NCBI RefSeq assembly: GCF_001447785.1
Contig: NW_015162487.1
Span: forward strand, 875,255 to 939,254
Direction of reading: 5' to 3'
Source: Gekko japonicus
Lineage: Eukaryota
DNA: 64,000 nt
This document shows, piece after piece, positions 1 to 10,935 of the stretch (positions are counted from its first letter, which is position 1; every line of letters begins with the position of its first letter). The notes beneath the pieces are model-generated. The model did no database searches and was not told the origin of the DNA. It was given only the letters and a program-made list of their open reading frames with translations. The position numbers were made by a program, and so were the translations under genes.

Positions 1-704
1 ACAAAGACTCGGAGAGTGGTTTCAGCTCAGTGATTCAGCTTTATTGAAGTAGTGAACAAACACCCAAAACGCACTCAAAACCAGAACAGTTTAACATTGG
101 GAGCTAGGCTTTTTTTAAACATTCCCGGGCTAACATAGCCACACCTATTTACAAGTAACAACCAATAAGATTGTCAGGATAAAGACCAATGGGAACTCTT
201 CCCGCTTAAGGACCTTGCTTAGCTGTGATTGGTCGCTTGTTCGGAACGACCAATAGGGTGCGAGAGTAGATGGAGCCCTGGCTGGCTCGAAGCTTAACAT
301 TGTAAGTGAATTAGACGATTCATGTAATACTTCCAGTACATTACAGTTTCTGCCAGTCACGTTCCTGATTTAGCCCCCGGAACGCACAGGCCAAGGTTGT
401 ATTGACCCCCACCGCTGTTGCTGCTTCCAACGTTACCGTGGAAGAAGGGAGATGCTGACGCAATTTTGCATTTTTTTCATGGCCTTCGTAAGACAGCCAC
501 GTAACGTGCTTCTCGGAAGTAGCCACTTTGTCTCCTGAGCATTTGCACTGAGCTGGAGGGGGGTGGATCAGAAAAGGGACAGGGACTTTTAAAAGTAACC
601 TTTAACAGCCCTGTCCTAAGTTGCAGATGACTTACGGTGACTCCATCGGGTTTGTGGGGCAAGAGACCTTCGGAGGTGGTTTGCCATTGCCTGCCTCTGC
701 GTCG

Positions 705-800
705 CGACGGACACAAAGAGGTAGCAGGCGGACAGGAAGATGATGGGCCGCTCCGGGTACTTGAACCTCTCCATGTCGATCAAGAAGGTGGCCACGGTGG
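705..800 (-). other. 96-bp exact inverted duplicate of FZD5 CDS 4400-4495
   Basis: Reverse complement matches 4400-4495 base for base ([31 protein letters not shown]). Confidence 0.93.
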
Positions 801-813
801 ACTTCCTCCGTGG

Positions 814-999
814 CAATGCTCCCTCTGAGCTGTGGAGCCTTGTGAGCAAAAATCCTACTTTGTGAGCTACTGGCACTAAAGTTGTGAGCGAGTGATTTGG
901 CCGCTGCACAACTTAGTTTGCTCTGGAGGCACATGTGTGAGCCGGAGGCTAAAGAACTGTGAGCTAGCTCACACTATCTCAGCTTAGGGGGAACAGTTG
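814..999. mobile_element. hAT-type MITE, family A (~200 bp)
   Basis: TIR CAATGCTCCCTCT...AGGGGGAACAGTTG; degenerate 8-bp TSD ctccgtgg/cttggtgg. Confidence 0.75.
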
Positions 1000-1257
1000 C
1001 TTGGTGGTCTCCCATCCTAGTCCTCACCAGGGCCGACCCTGCTTAGCTTCCAAGATCTGACGAGATCAGGCTAGCCTGGGCCAGCCTTCCCTGAAAACAT
1101 GCATAGGACGGCAGCCATGGGCTTGCGCTCGAATTAAAGTGTGGGCTTTCCTCAGAGGGTTTCATTAAGCTATGGCCGCGATGAAGATGTCATCCAAGCA
1201 TAGCGAGTGAGAGTTGAGGCCTCAGATTGCTGAGGGTGGACCTTAAATAGAAAACAG

Positions 1258-1261
<4 letters not shown>

Positions 1262-1295
<34 letters not shown>
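1262..1295. repeat. (TG)n microsatellite
   Basis: Direct observation. Confidence 0.95.
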
Positions 1296-1297
<2 letters not shown>

Positions 1298-2171
1298 GTG
1301 CCCTCAAGCCACACACCTGATTTACAGCAATCCCAGCAAGTGGTTTCCGAGGCAAAGTGAGAAGCAGAGGTGGCTGGCCGCTGCCTTCCTCTGCAGGGTC
1401 TTCCTCGGCGGTCTCCCACCCAAGCACCGACCCTGCTTAGCAGCTTCTGAGATCTGATGGCCTGGGGCTCTGCCGTGCTGCCTTCCCTCTCACAAACCAG
1501 TTTACTACATTTTAGATTTTACACTATAGGAGATAATGCTACGGGGCTTCCCAAACCTGACATCGACAGGGGCCTGGAGCTCAGCTATTGAACAATGTTT
1601 CATCTTTCAATGCAGGTAACTTCTGAAGTTCCCCCTGTCAAAAATCAAAACAACAATAACTGCTGGAGGGTGAATTAGGTGGGCAGCCAGTCCAATGCTC
1701 CTGCTAAGCTGTGCAGTCTTGTGAGCAAAAATTCTACTTCGTGTGCTACTGGCATTAACGTTGTGAGCGAGCGATTTGGCTACTGAATAAATTAGGTTGC
1801 TCTGGAGTTCCCCGTCTCTCTGAGCCCCGTCTCTCTGGTTCCCCCACCTCTCTGAGCCCCGGGGTGGTGGCCTTGGACTCCTAGGGAGAAATTCCACCTC
1901 TCGTGTGTGATGTCCGAGAGGTCACGTGAGAGGTAATTCTGGCTCCCCCAGGTCTCGTTAGCCATCTTTAAAAAGTAATGGCCGCCGCCGCTGTCGGCGG
2001 CAGGTGCAGCAGCAACGGGAGGGGAGGGGTGCGAAACGTTCCTCGCCTCTCTGAGCCCCGGGGTGGTGGCCTTGGACTCCTAGGGGGAAATACCACCTCT
2101 CGCGTGTGACATCACACGCGAGAGGTCATTCTGGCTCCCCCAGCTCTTGTTATGGGCTCTTTAAAAATTCA

Positions 2172-2497
2172 TCTCCATTATTACCTATGGGCAGTCATGG
2201 ATTGCCTATTGGCAATTATGTACTCCATTATCCTCTATGGGCAATCGTCCTCTCCATTATTACTTATGGGCAGTCATGGATTCTTTATTGGCATTATAGA
2301 TTCCGTATTGGCAATTATGTACTCCATTATCCCCTCTGAGCACGCCTACTCTCCATTATTCCCTATGGGCAATCATGGATTCTCTATTGGCTATTATGGA
2401 TTCTGTATTGGCAATTACGTACTCCATTATCCCCTATGGGCAAGCCTACTTTTCATTATTCCCTATAGGCATTCATGTATTCCCTATGGGCAATCGC
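2172..2497. repeat. Higher-order tandem array (units 79, 99, 100 bp and a partial; 20/30-bp subunits)
   Basis: Recurrent TCTCCATTATT(A/C)CCTATGGGCA and TATTGGC. Confidence 0.85.
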
Positions 2498-2780
2498 TTG
2501 TCCTTAGTTTTAGTACGTCCCGATGCTTTTCTCTGGACCCGATTCTCTCTTGCGACCCTAAGAAAAGCCCTGCTAGATCAGACCCCAGCACCGACTTTCT
2601 GAAAGTGGAAAGCCAGAAGGGGGGAGGGTCTGGCCCTCTGACACCGCCCCCCCCCCCACCGCCNNNNNNNNNNNNNNNNNNNNNNNNNNNNNNNNNNNNN
2701 NNNNNNNNNNNNNNNNNNNNNNNNNNNNNNNNNNNNNNNNNNNNNNNNNNNNNNNNNNNNNNNNNNNNNNNNNNNNNNNN

Positions 2781-5420
2781 CCCTCTCCCCGGAGCTGGGA
2801 AAGGGGCGTCTCCCCGGCGGCGGCGCTGGGCGGTCCCGGGGGCCGGCCCGGCAGCGGCGCGCTTTAGAGCGCAGGTGGCTTCGGCGGGGAGCGCCAGTCG
2901 CCCGCGGTGGTGGTGGTGGCGGCGCTTGTGCGGCTGTCGGGGGCGCCTGTTGCCCGCAGCCAGCGGCGGGGTCGCCCCTTCCTCGCTCCGGGCCCACCTC
3001 GACCAACTCCAGGAGCCGGAGCCCGCCAGAGGATGCGGCGGCAGCCCGAGCGGTGGACGGGCCGCTCTCCGCCTTCTCTTCCTCCCGCTCCACGCGGCCG
3101 GCCCGGGAGCGCGGCCGAGCGGCTGCAGGGCGCCCAGCTCCGCCGGCCAACTTCCTGGCGAGCAGAGTGAAGCGGCGGGTCGGGGCCCGGGGAGCGCGTG
3201 GCGGCGGCGGCGGGCGGAGGGGCGTGCATGGCCGGGCGGGGCCGGGCGGCTTCCGAGGAAGGGACTTTTGGACTCTGCCGCTTGGAGACTTTCCAAGGCA
3301 ACTTTTCCCGGGCGGGATCCGGGGCTGCGCGGCCGACCTCGGCCCGCCTCTGCCATGGGCGGCTTCGTCTGGAGCGTGGTCGGGTTTAACCCCCCGTAAG
3401 GCACCTGCCCGGCCGGCCCCCGGCGGAGGGAGGGAGCGAGGGAGCAGCCCGGCGGCGGGGGCCAGACGCTGGTTCGGAGCATGTGCGCCTCGGAAAGGCC
3501 CCTGGAGGGAGACGCCGCCGCCGCCGCCGCGCCACGAGTCCCTCTGTCGGAGCGCCGCTGAGTCGTCGCCGTCTTCGCTTTTCCCAAGCGGCCCTGGGCG
3601 AGTGTGGCGGCTTGACCCCGGCCGAGGCTGCCGGCCATGGCCGGCTTCGGCCCCAGCCTGGGAGACACCCTGCTCGGCCTGTGGCTGCTCCTGCTGGAAG
3701 CCCCGGCGCTGGTGCCCGCCGCCTCCAAAGCCATCGTGTGCCAGGAGATCACGGTGCCCATGTGCAAGGGCATCGGCTACAACCTGACCTACATGCCCAA
3801 CCAGTTCAACCACGACACCCAAGACGAGGCCGGCCTGGAGGTGCACCAGTTCTGGCCCCTGGTGGAGATCCAGTGCTCGCCGGACCTCAAGTTTTTCCTC
3901 TGCAGCATGTACACCCCCATCTGCCTGCTGGACTACGCCAAGCCCCTGCCGCCCTGCCGCTCGGTGTGCGAGAGGGCCAAGTCGGGCTGCTCCCCGCTGA
4001 TGCGGCAGTACGGCTTCGCCTGGCCCGAGCGCATGAACTGCGACAAGCTGCCCGTCCTGGGCAACGCAGAGGTGCTGTGCATGGATTACAACCGGACCGA
4101 GGTCACCACCTTGCCCCCCTTTTTCACCAAGCCCACCCGCCCCTCCAGAGGTGGCCAGAAATACCTCCCCCCGTTAACGGGTCAGCATCCGCCTGGGGAC
4201 TGCCGGCGGGCCTGTGAGTGCCAGGAGCCCCTGGTCTTGATCTCCAAAGAGACTCACCCCCTCTACAACAAGATCAAGACAGGCAACGTGCGCAACTGCG
4301 CCATCCCCTGCTTCCAGCCCTACTTCACCCAGGACGAGAAGACCTTTGCCACTTTCTGGATCGGCCTCTGGTCCGTCCTGTGCTTCATCTCCACCTTCAC
4401 CACCGTGGCCACCTTCTTGATCGACATGGAGAGGTTCAAGTACCCGGAGCGGCCCATCATCTTCCTGTCCGCCTGCTACCTCTTTGTGTCCGTCGGCTAC
4501 ATCATCCGGCTGGTGGTGGGCCACGCCAGCGTGGCCTGCAACCAAGACTACAACCACATCCACTACGAGACCACGGGGCCGGCCCTCTGCACCGTGGTCT
4601 TCCTTCTGATCTACTTCTTCGGCATGGCCAGCTCCATCTGGTGGGTCATCTTGTCCCTCACCTGGTTCCTGGCGGCTGGGATGAAGTGGGGGAACGAGGC
4701 CATCGCCAGCTATTCCCAGTATTTCCACATGGCCGCCTGGCTGATCCCCAGCGTCAAGTCCATCGCCGTGCTGGCCCTGAGCTCGGTGGACGGCGACCCG
4801 GTGGCCGGCATCTGCTACGTGGGCAACCAGAACCTCGACAAGCTCCGGGGTTTTGTCTTGGCGCCTTTGGTAGTGTACCTCTTCACGGGGACCATGTTTC
4901 TGCTGGCGGGGTTCGTGTCCCTCTTCCGGATCCGGAGCGTCATCAAACAAGGAGGCACCAAAACGGACAAGCTGGAGAAGCTGATGATCCGGATAGGGAT
5001 CTTCACGGTGCTGTACACCGTCCCGGCGACCATCGTGGTGGCCTGCTACATCTACGAGCAACACTACCGGGAGAAGTGGGAGCGCGCCCAGAACTGTTCC
5101 TGCCCCGGGGACAAGCAGAAGCCGAAGCCCGATTATGCCGTCTTCATGTTGAAGTACTTCATGTGCCTGGTGGTGGGCATCACCTCGGGGGTCTGGATTT
5201 GGTCGGGCAAGACCCTCGAGTCTTGGAGGCGGTTCACAGGGAGGTGTTGCCAGAGTGGGAAGCCCGTGGGCACACCCATGTACAGCGACGCCAACACGGC
5301 TCTGACAGCACGGACCGGGGTGCCCAGTTCGGCTTCCTACCATAAACAAGTCCCCTTCTCCCATGTATGAAAGCAAAAGCGGCTTGCTCGTTGGGAGCAG
5401 GTAAGCGCGGCGTGACTCGA
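2781..5420. promoter_or_regulatory. CpG island covering FZD5 promoter/5' leader and CDS
   Basis: Very high GC and CpG density, GGC/GCC runs and GC boxes; the left edge is hidden by an N gap. Confidence 0.85.
3637..5370 (+). CDS. FZD5: Frizzled-5, Wnt receptor (577 aa, intronless CDS)
   Basis: Strong Kozak GCCATGG, signal peptide, Frizzled CRD (CQEITVPMCKGIGYNLTYMPNQFNHDTQDEAGLEVHQFWPLV), seven hydrophobic segments, Dishevelled-binding KTLESW (KTxxxW), C-terminal SHV PDZ ligand. NHIHYETTGP, the SHV end and absence of FZD8-type Gly-rich inserts favour FZD5; adjacency to CCNYL1 matches known synteny. Confidence 0.97.
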   Translation: MAGFGPSLGDTLLGLWLLLLEAPALVPAASKAIVCQEITVPMCKGIGYNLTYMPNQFNHDTQDEAGLEVHQFWPLVEIQCSPDLKFFLCSMYTPICLLDYAKPLPPCRSVCERAKSGCSPLMRQYGFAWPERMNCDKLPVLGNAEVLCMDYNRTEVTTLPPFFTKPTRPSRGGQKYLPPLTGQHPPGDCRRACECQEPLVLISKETHPLYNKIKTGNVRNCAIPCFQPYFTQDEKTFATFWIGLWSVLCFISTFTTVATFLIDMERFKYPERPIIFLSACYLFVSVGYIIRLVVGHASVACNQDYNHIHYETTGPALCTVVFLLIYFFGMASSIWWVILSLTWFLAAGMKWGNEAIASYSQYFHMAAWLIPSVKSIAVLALSSVDGDPVAGICYVGNQNLDKLRGFVLAPLVVYLFTGTMFLLAGFVSLFRIRSVIKQGGTKTDKLEKLMIRIGIFTVLYTVPATIVVACYIYEQHYREKWERAQNCSCPGDKQKPKPDYAVFMLKYFMCLVVGITSGVWIWSGKTLESWRRFTGRCCQSGKPVGTPMYSDANTALTARTGVPSSASYHKQVPFSHV

Positions 5421-8400
5421 GACCCCGACTGGAAAGATTTCAGACACAGAACCGGGGCTTTCTCTTTTCTTTGTGCGTCTCCCGTGTGATGTCTGACTCA
5501 GCCTCTGGTGTCACGTTTAACTATTTAATTTGAGAGACGATGGTTTCGAATCCATTCCGCTCGGCTGAACTGGGATGTTGTGTGTCCGACAGATGTTTGT
5601 CGCTGGTTTCTAGGTAGCCGGACTTTAAAAAACCTGTGTAATGCTTCTTTTTAAAAAAATTTCAGCAACACGCGCGCACAACTACTGAAGTGGAAATACA
5701 AAGAAGTGGTATGGAGGGAGGATCTACTTTTAAGACGGGCCGCTTGGGAAGCAAGACTCCGGTTTCAGGTTTTATTTTTGGAGGGCTTTAAATCCACCCT
5801 CGGTCGCTTTTGACACCCCGTCCGTGCCAAATCCCATGCCAGGGAGCCTCATAAAGGATCGTGGCACGGGTATTAGTTTCTCCTGTGCAGCTGCAAGGAA
5901 GGGGTTTTAAGAATTAAAGAAGTAGGAAGGGCAGTATGTCAGTTCTGAGGGGGATGCTTTAAGGAAGCCCCCCCCCCGCCAGATCCAGAATGAAGGCACC
6001 ATCTTCACACGTGGCCTTTCCCCCCTCTTTCTTTGCCAAAAAAAAAAAATGCTTCTGGTGTTCCTAGCATAATGCCCGAAAGCTGCTTTTAAACATAACT
6101 GAACTTTGAAAATGTTTTCTCGCACTCTGTCCTGGTGCACTGGACCCTTCAAAAACAGGGTGGGGAGGAGGGGAGGGAGAATGTTGTAAGTCCAGTACCC
6201 GTAACAGGTTTCTCGCAAAACTTAATTTGAGTGCTTAATCCCCTTTGGCATAAAGGAAGGGAACCAGACAGCAACTGAGATGACGTGGTAAGGAAATTGC
6301 TTTGACCACAGTCCTGGATCTGGCTGCCTGATCCGAGGCGAGTTTATTCTGAAACGGAGCTCACTGAATCCAGTGGGACTTACTCCCAAGTAATTACACC
6401 CCAGAACCTTAAAAAACACCAGGGGGGAGGGGGATTTGATTTCCTGGAACCGCTTTCCCTCCCACACTAGTCTGTCTTTGTATCTCCTCTCCTGCCTACC
6501 GCTCTTGGGGTTCTATGGTTTTAAATGTTTGGCTGCTATTCGTAAAGGGGGAAAGATGGGATCAGTACCAGAAACCTTTGTGAGCAGATCTCTGTGGAGT
6601 ATAGTTTCCATGCCTCTCCCCCCTCTTCCCCAGTAGAAAATAGGACTCTACCGCTAGTGCAGTCTCCAAAAGTTGAATTAGCCGGGCCAAAACCAAAATC
6701 ACGGGCAAGGATAATCACACCCCGTCTCCTTGCAGAGGGGGCTGAAGCGCTGGCTGCAGAGACCCTTGTCTGTCCAGCTGTTATCCTTTGTAAGCTGACC
6801 CCTCCCCACGAACGCAAAGCAGTATTAGATCTGGCAGTGGGTCTACGCCAATGCAAAAATCTTTGCACTTTAAATGTCAATGAGGACGCAGAAAAAAAGA
6901 CTCCCCCCGCCTGCACCAATTCTGCTCATCGGCTTATTTCTCTGACACATTCAGTCAGCAAAGAGAATGACAGTTTTATTGATTTTTCCACCAAGTGGAC
7001 AGTTAAGAGGTTTGGAGAGAGACCAGCCACGGGGGAGGGCAGGAAGGGAATGTCGATTCCTCCCCCCCACCTTAGCTAGGACCACGGGGGTAGCCCCCCT
7101 GCACCAACCTACAGCACTGGGCATGCCTGGGGAAGGACACTGCTGTGGCCACTGGGTCGTTTTGCTTTTCCGTGGGCAGACCGGCATGGGGGCATCCAGT
7201 GCATGGGGTGCCCCGCATGCATCAACGAGCCATCCCAGGTCAAATACTGCAGGGCGACTTTTCAAATCCTTCCAAGACAATCCATTTCCATTGGAATCTG
7301 TGTGTGTGTGTGTGTGTCTCTTCCTTCTCCTCCCCAGAAGAAGTTAAGCGCTTGCTTAATACTGTCTTCTGCTGAAAGCAACAGAATGAGATGTACTTGA
7401 CGTACCTGGGTTTTGACAGAAAAAAAAACCAAATTCAGTGCTGGGGCGTTGATCCTGCCGACATTCCCGTGGATAAGATTTCTGTCCACAGAGTGTGACT
7501 TGCTTGCCTCCCCCCCTCTTGGCGGCTCCCGAAATGCCACTTCTGAGAGATGCGGGCCATCCCTCCCCCCTCCCAGGGCAGCATGAATGGGGCAGTCTGA
7601 GGTCTGTGGAAATCACCCTCCCCTCCTGTCATTGGCAATCCTCCGCAGGATCCGACCTTCTCTCCAGTTTGCTGGCATCATCTTTTTAACGAGAGTAGCT
7701 TTTTATGGTTTGTCCATCTGTGGCCGTCCTGCCCTTTAAAACCGTATAATGGCACCTTTTTGGGGACCAGCAAATCCTCTCAGCCCCAGTTATGTAGGTC
7801 CACTGAAGCAGTTCTCTCAGAGCATCTGTCCTGCCCCTGCTTACAGCACAGTGGGGAAGAGGCCTTGGTTTAGGCTTCTTTCCCTCACAGGAGGTGGCTA
7901 CTGTGCTGCTGAAGAAACATGAGAGGAGTTGTACGACCTCCTCTTGGCTGGAAGGGGGACGGGTTTGCTGGCCTTCGCTAAACAGAGCGTGCTTTGGGAG
8001 AAGTCACAGTTCACGGGCAGGATGGACGCACCACGGGTGGTATCAGAGGGTACACAGGGTACCTTGGGAAGTTTGATGGAGACAAGGCCGAAACCTGGCC
8101 TGGGCCGGTCTGGACATGGCAACACTTCCCTTTCCCCTCTAAGATCCTACCAAAGAGAAGAAAGCGAGGGAAGTGGATCACTGAGAACTGTTTGGCTAAG
8201 TTTGTAAGGGTTATCAGACTTGTGGATTTCATGGGTGCCACCCCAGCACCCACTCACCATAAACAGAGACCTCAGCCACTGAAGCAGAGACCTTGCTTTT
8301 AATTTAAAACAACAACAAAATAGTGCCACTGAAAGCACAGGAGTTAGAGAATTCAAAGAAAACTAAGGAAGACCACAGTGGTAGAGCCAGAACACCAGGT

Positions 8401-8596
8401 GGGGGTGGAATTGCGACCCATAACATTTCCCTCAGGGATCATGGGCCTTTGAGGGAAGGAAATTTCCTACTGGCGAGGCCGTTGATTCATTAAAAAAAAA
8501 ATTTGCAGTGGCATCCCATCCTGAAAATTTTGTTGGCCTCTAAGGTGCTAATGAACTTAAATCTAGCTGTTCTACCGTGTGTTGTGTTCATCTTCT

Positions 8597-9683
8597 CTCT
8601 CGTTGGGCAACCACTCCTCCGATACTGTCTTTGGTTTCAGTGGTCTAACCCTAAATCTGTACAGGGAAGGAGACAGTTCTCTCTGAAGAGTGCAGGTGAT
8701 ATTTGATAGTCTTCTGGCTCCTTCCAGTCCCACAGTTCTGCAGACGGGGTACTTGCCCCATAAGTATGACAGGAATTAGCACGAATTACGGCTGGTAGCC
8801 AGAGAGCATATTTCAAATTAACCTGAAAAGCTGGGCGAAGGTGCCCACCGTGGAGTTAAGAAAGCCTCAAGGCTCTCTAGCATTGAGGCCCCCAGGCATG
8901 GCACTTGGTAGACACAGCCATCACTTTACCACCACATCCCTGTGGTACACGCTGTCCGCCTCACATCGGCAATATGAGCGGCAGCTTCATTATATTCAAG
9001 ACTTGGAAGTGCCAGTCAGGGTTGTATTTGGACTGAGACCCCTTGGCGGCTAAGCCCACTGCAGTACTTCTGTGTACGCTACAAGGAAGATTTGTTAGAA
9101 GCAGTATTGGCTGTACCTATAGTTGTTGTTTTTTTAAAAAAAGCACACCCACAGAGGTTGGCTGTTCCTTCTATAAATATTACTCAGTAGTTGCTCCTAC
9201 ATCCATCATCAGAGGGAAACCGTAAGATGTTGAGTGCCAAGGAGGTCTTCTCCTTTGCTGGACTCTTAAGTAGAACAGTACCGAATACCTGGATTGTCCA
9301 GCACTCAACACTGAGAACACAATCCGATGAACTAGCGGTTTCTAAACTAGGCACTAACCGCATTGCCTGACAACAGACAGGTGCACTGTCTTAAGACCTT
9401 TTGTGTGCTTTCCTACCACTAAGAAGATTGTCCCGCAAGTTGGGCTAGTGCTACGAGGTTTATAACCTCTTGTTAGCCTACCACTCCTCCAATACTACCT
9501 TTGGCTCCAGTGGTCGAACCCCAAATCTGTACAGGGAGGGAGAGGGTCCTATCTGAAGAGTGCAGGTGATATTTGATGATCTTCTGGCTCCTTCCAGTCC
9601 CACAAGTCTGCAGACGGGGTACTTGCCCCATAAATATGGCAGAAATTAGCATGAATTACAGCATGGAGCATATTTCAAATTAA
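8597..9683. repeat. Pair of ~220-bp diverged direct repeats (8597-8821 and 9466-9683)
   Basis: Shared blocks such as TCTGAAGAGTGCAGGTGATATTTGAT and TCTGCAGACGGGGTACTTGCCCCATAA. Confidence 0.9.
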
Positions 9684-10929
9684 GCCATCCAGTCCAGCAG
9701 TGTTACAGGACAATCCACCGACAGGCCGACAGTTTCTTGAAAGTGAAAAATCCAGGTTATGTGATTAAACACAATTGGGACAGACAGTACTTTATTTAAC
9801 GTCGGCAGTCAACTAGCAAGATGAATGCATTCTTCTTCCCAGGGGTCTAATGGCTGCGAAACAACATTTACACCTTTAAGGATGCATTTGCAGTTATTAC
9901 CAGTCTCCATAAAGCATGTTGGTTATGTACAAGATGCTCCTACAGAAGCCCCCCAATATTTAAATAAATGTGGGGGTGGGGAGCTACTGCAATGGCATCT
10001 TTTTATCAGCTGTGTAAAGTCCTCAATCTGCTCTACAGACACCCAAACAGGTGGGCGCTTGTGGTTGGTAGTTCTGGTTGTACGTTCAAATTGTCCCCAA
10101 AAATCAACGCAGACACCATTTCGTTTGGAGAATACGATTTGTTTCCCTTGCATGTAACGGAAAGGGGCTGATGGATATCTGGAAAGTCTCCTCTCTCAAA
10201 ACTGTAATCCATCTGTGTCACCTTTTTAGGGCTTTTTTTAAAAAAAAACTTGGATGAACCCCTGGCTCTCCTGAGGTCTAGTTCAGCAGCCAGAATACAT
10301 ATTAAACGCAGCCTGTTAATAATTTAAGGAGTTACATTTTTCAGTGTCTCACAAGCTGGATTAGTTCCCGTGAAAAGTACTAAACGGGGAAAGGTACTGC
10401 TGGATGCGAAAGGGAAGAAAGACCAAAAAAGATAACAAGCAACAAAGACTGAAATGTTGCAGCTTTCCAACACACTTTCGAAGTACACATTTTTAGCCTC
10501 ATCACTGGTGGGGATACATTTGGGTCTGGACGCTGCGTACTCCAATACATTGGCAAGACAGAACGTAACTGTGCCACAGATGGTAAGAGAGTTGTATTTA
10601 AAAAAAGAATTTTGTATATACAGAATCGCTAGTGTGATACGGGTTGGGAAGGTCGTGAGAGTCTCGGGGACAAGGATGTGGCTTTGGGCATCAGTCACCA
10701 GATGGGGGGCGGGGGGGGGGAGACGACACCAGGGCATTCAGACCGCTTTACTTGATGTCGGATTCATGTGTAGGTCCTGCTGCTATTTCAATTGTGCCTT
10801 CTGTAGATGGAGCTTATACATACTTTTTTGCAATATGATTAACAAAATCATGCCAAAATACGCTGTTTTGTGTTTGTTTTTTTTAAAAAGGAGAGGCGAG
10901 CTGATTCTGTAAAAAGCTTTAAAGAGGTC

Positions 10930-10935
10930 AATAAA
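10930..10935 (+). terminator. Candidate FZD5 polyadenylation signal (AATAAA)
   Basis: Ends a nearly repeat-free 5.6-kb stretch after the stop, preceded by U-rich sequence; SINEs start at 11281. Confidence 0.55.

Larger units (their letters stand above)
620..1085 (-). mobile_element. 5S rRNA-derived SINE (5S-Sauria-like), interrupted by the FZD5 fragment and a MITE
   Basis: 1000-1085 is the reverse complement of 5S-like GATCTCGTCAGATCTTGGAAGCTAAGCAGGGTCGGCCCTGGTG; 620-708 matches the family tail seen at 17020-17110. Confidence 0.75.

Noticed and set aside
616-909. ORF containing a Frizzled peptide, suggesting a second Frizzled gene or exon
   Set aside because: Only 31 codons match, they are identical to the local FZD5 at DNA level, they lack splice sites, and the flanks are MITE/SINE sequence.
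2172-2497. CRISPR-like appearance of the repeat array
   Set aside because: No unique spacers, vertebrate context and no cas genes; the intervening sequence is itself repetitive.
2152-3846. Several 400+ aa ORFs on both strands across the promoter
   Set aside because: They run through an N gap and a stop-poor CpG island; low-complexity Arg/Gly/Pro/Ala content.
4174-5376. 400-aa antisense ORF and 375-aa alternative-frame ORF overlapping FZD5
   Set aside because: Expected by-products of very high GC3 codon usage; no recognisable domain.
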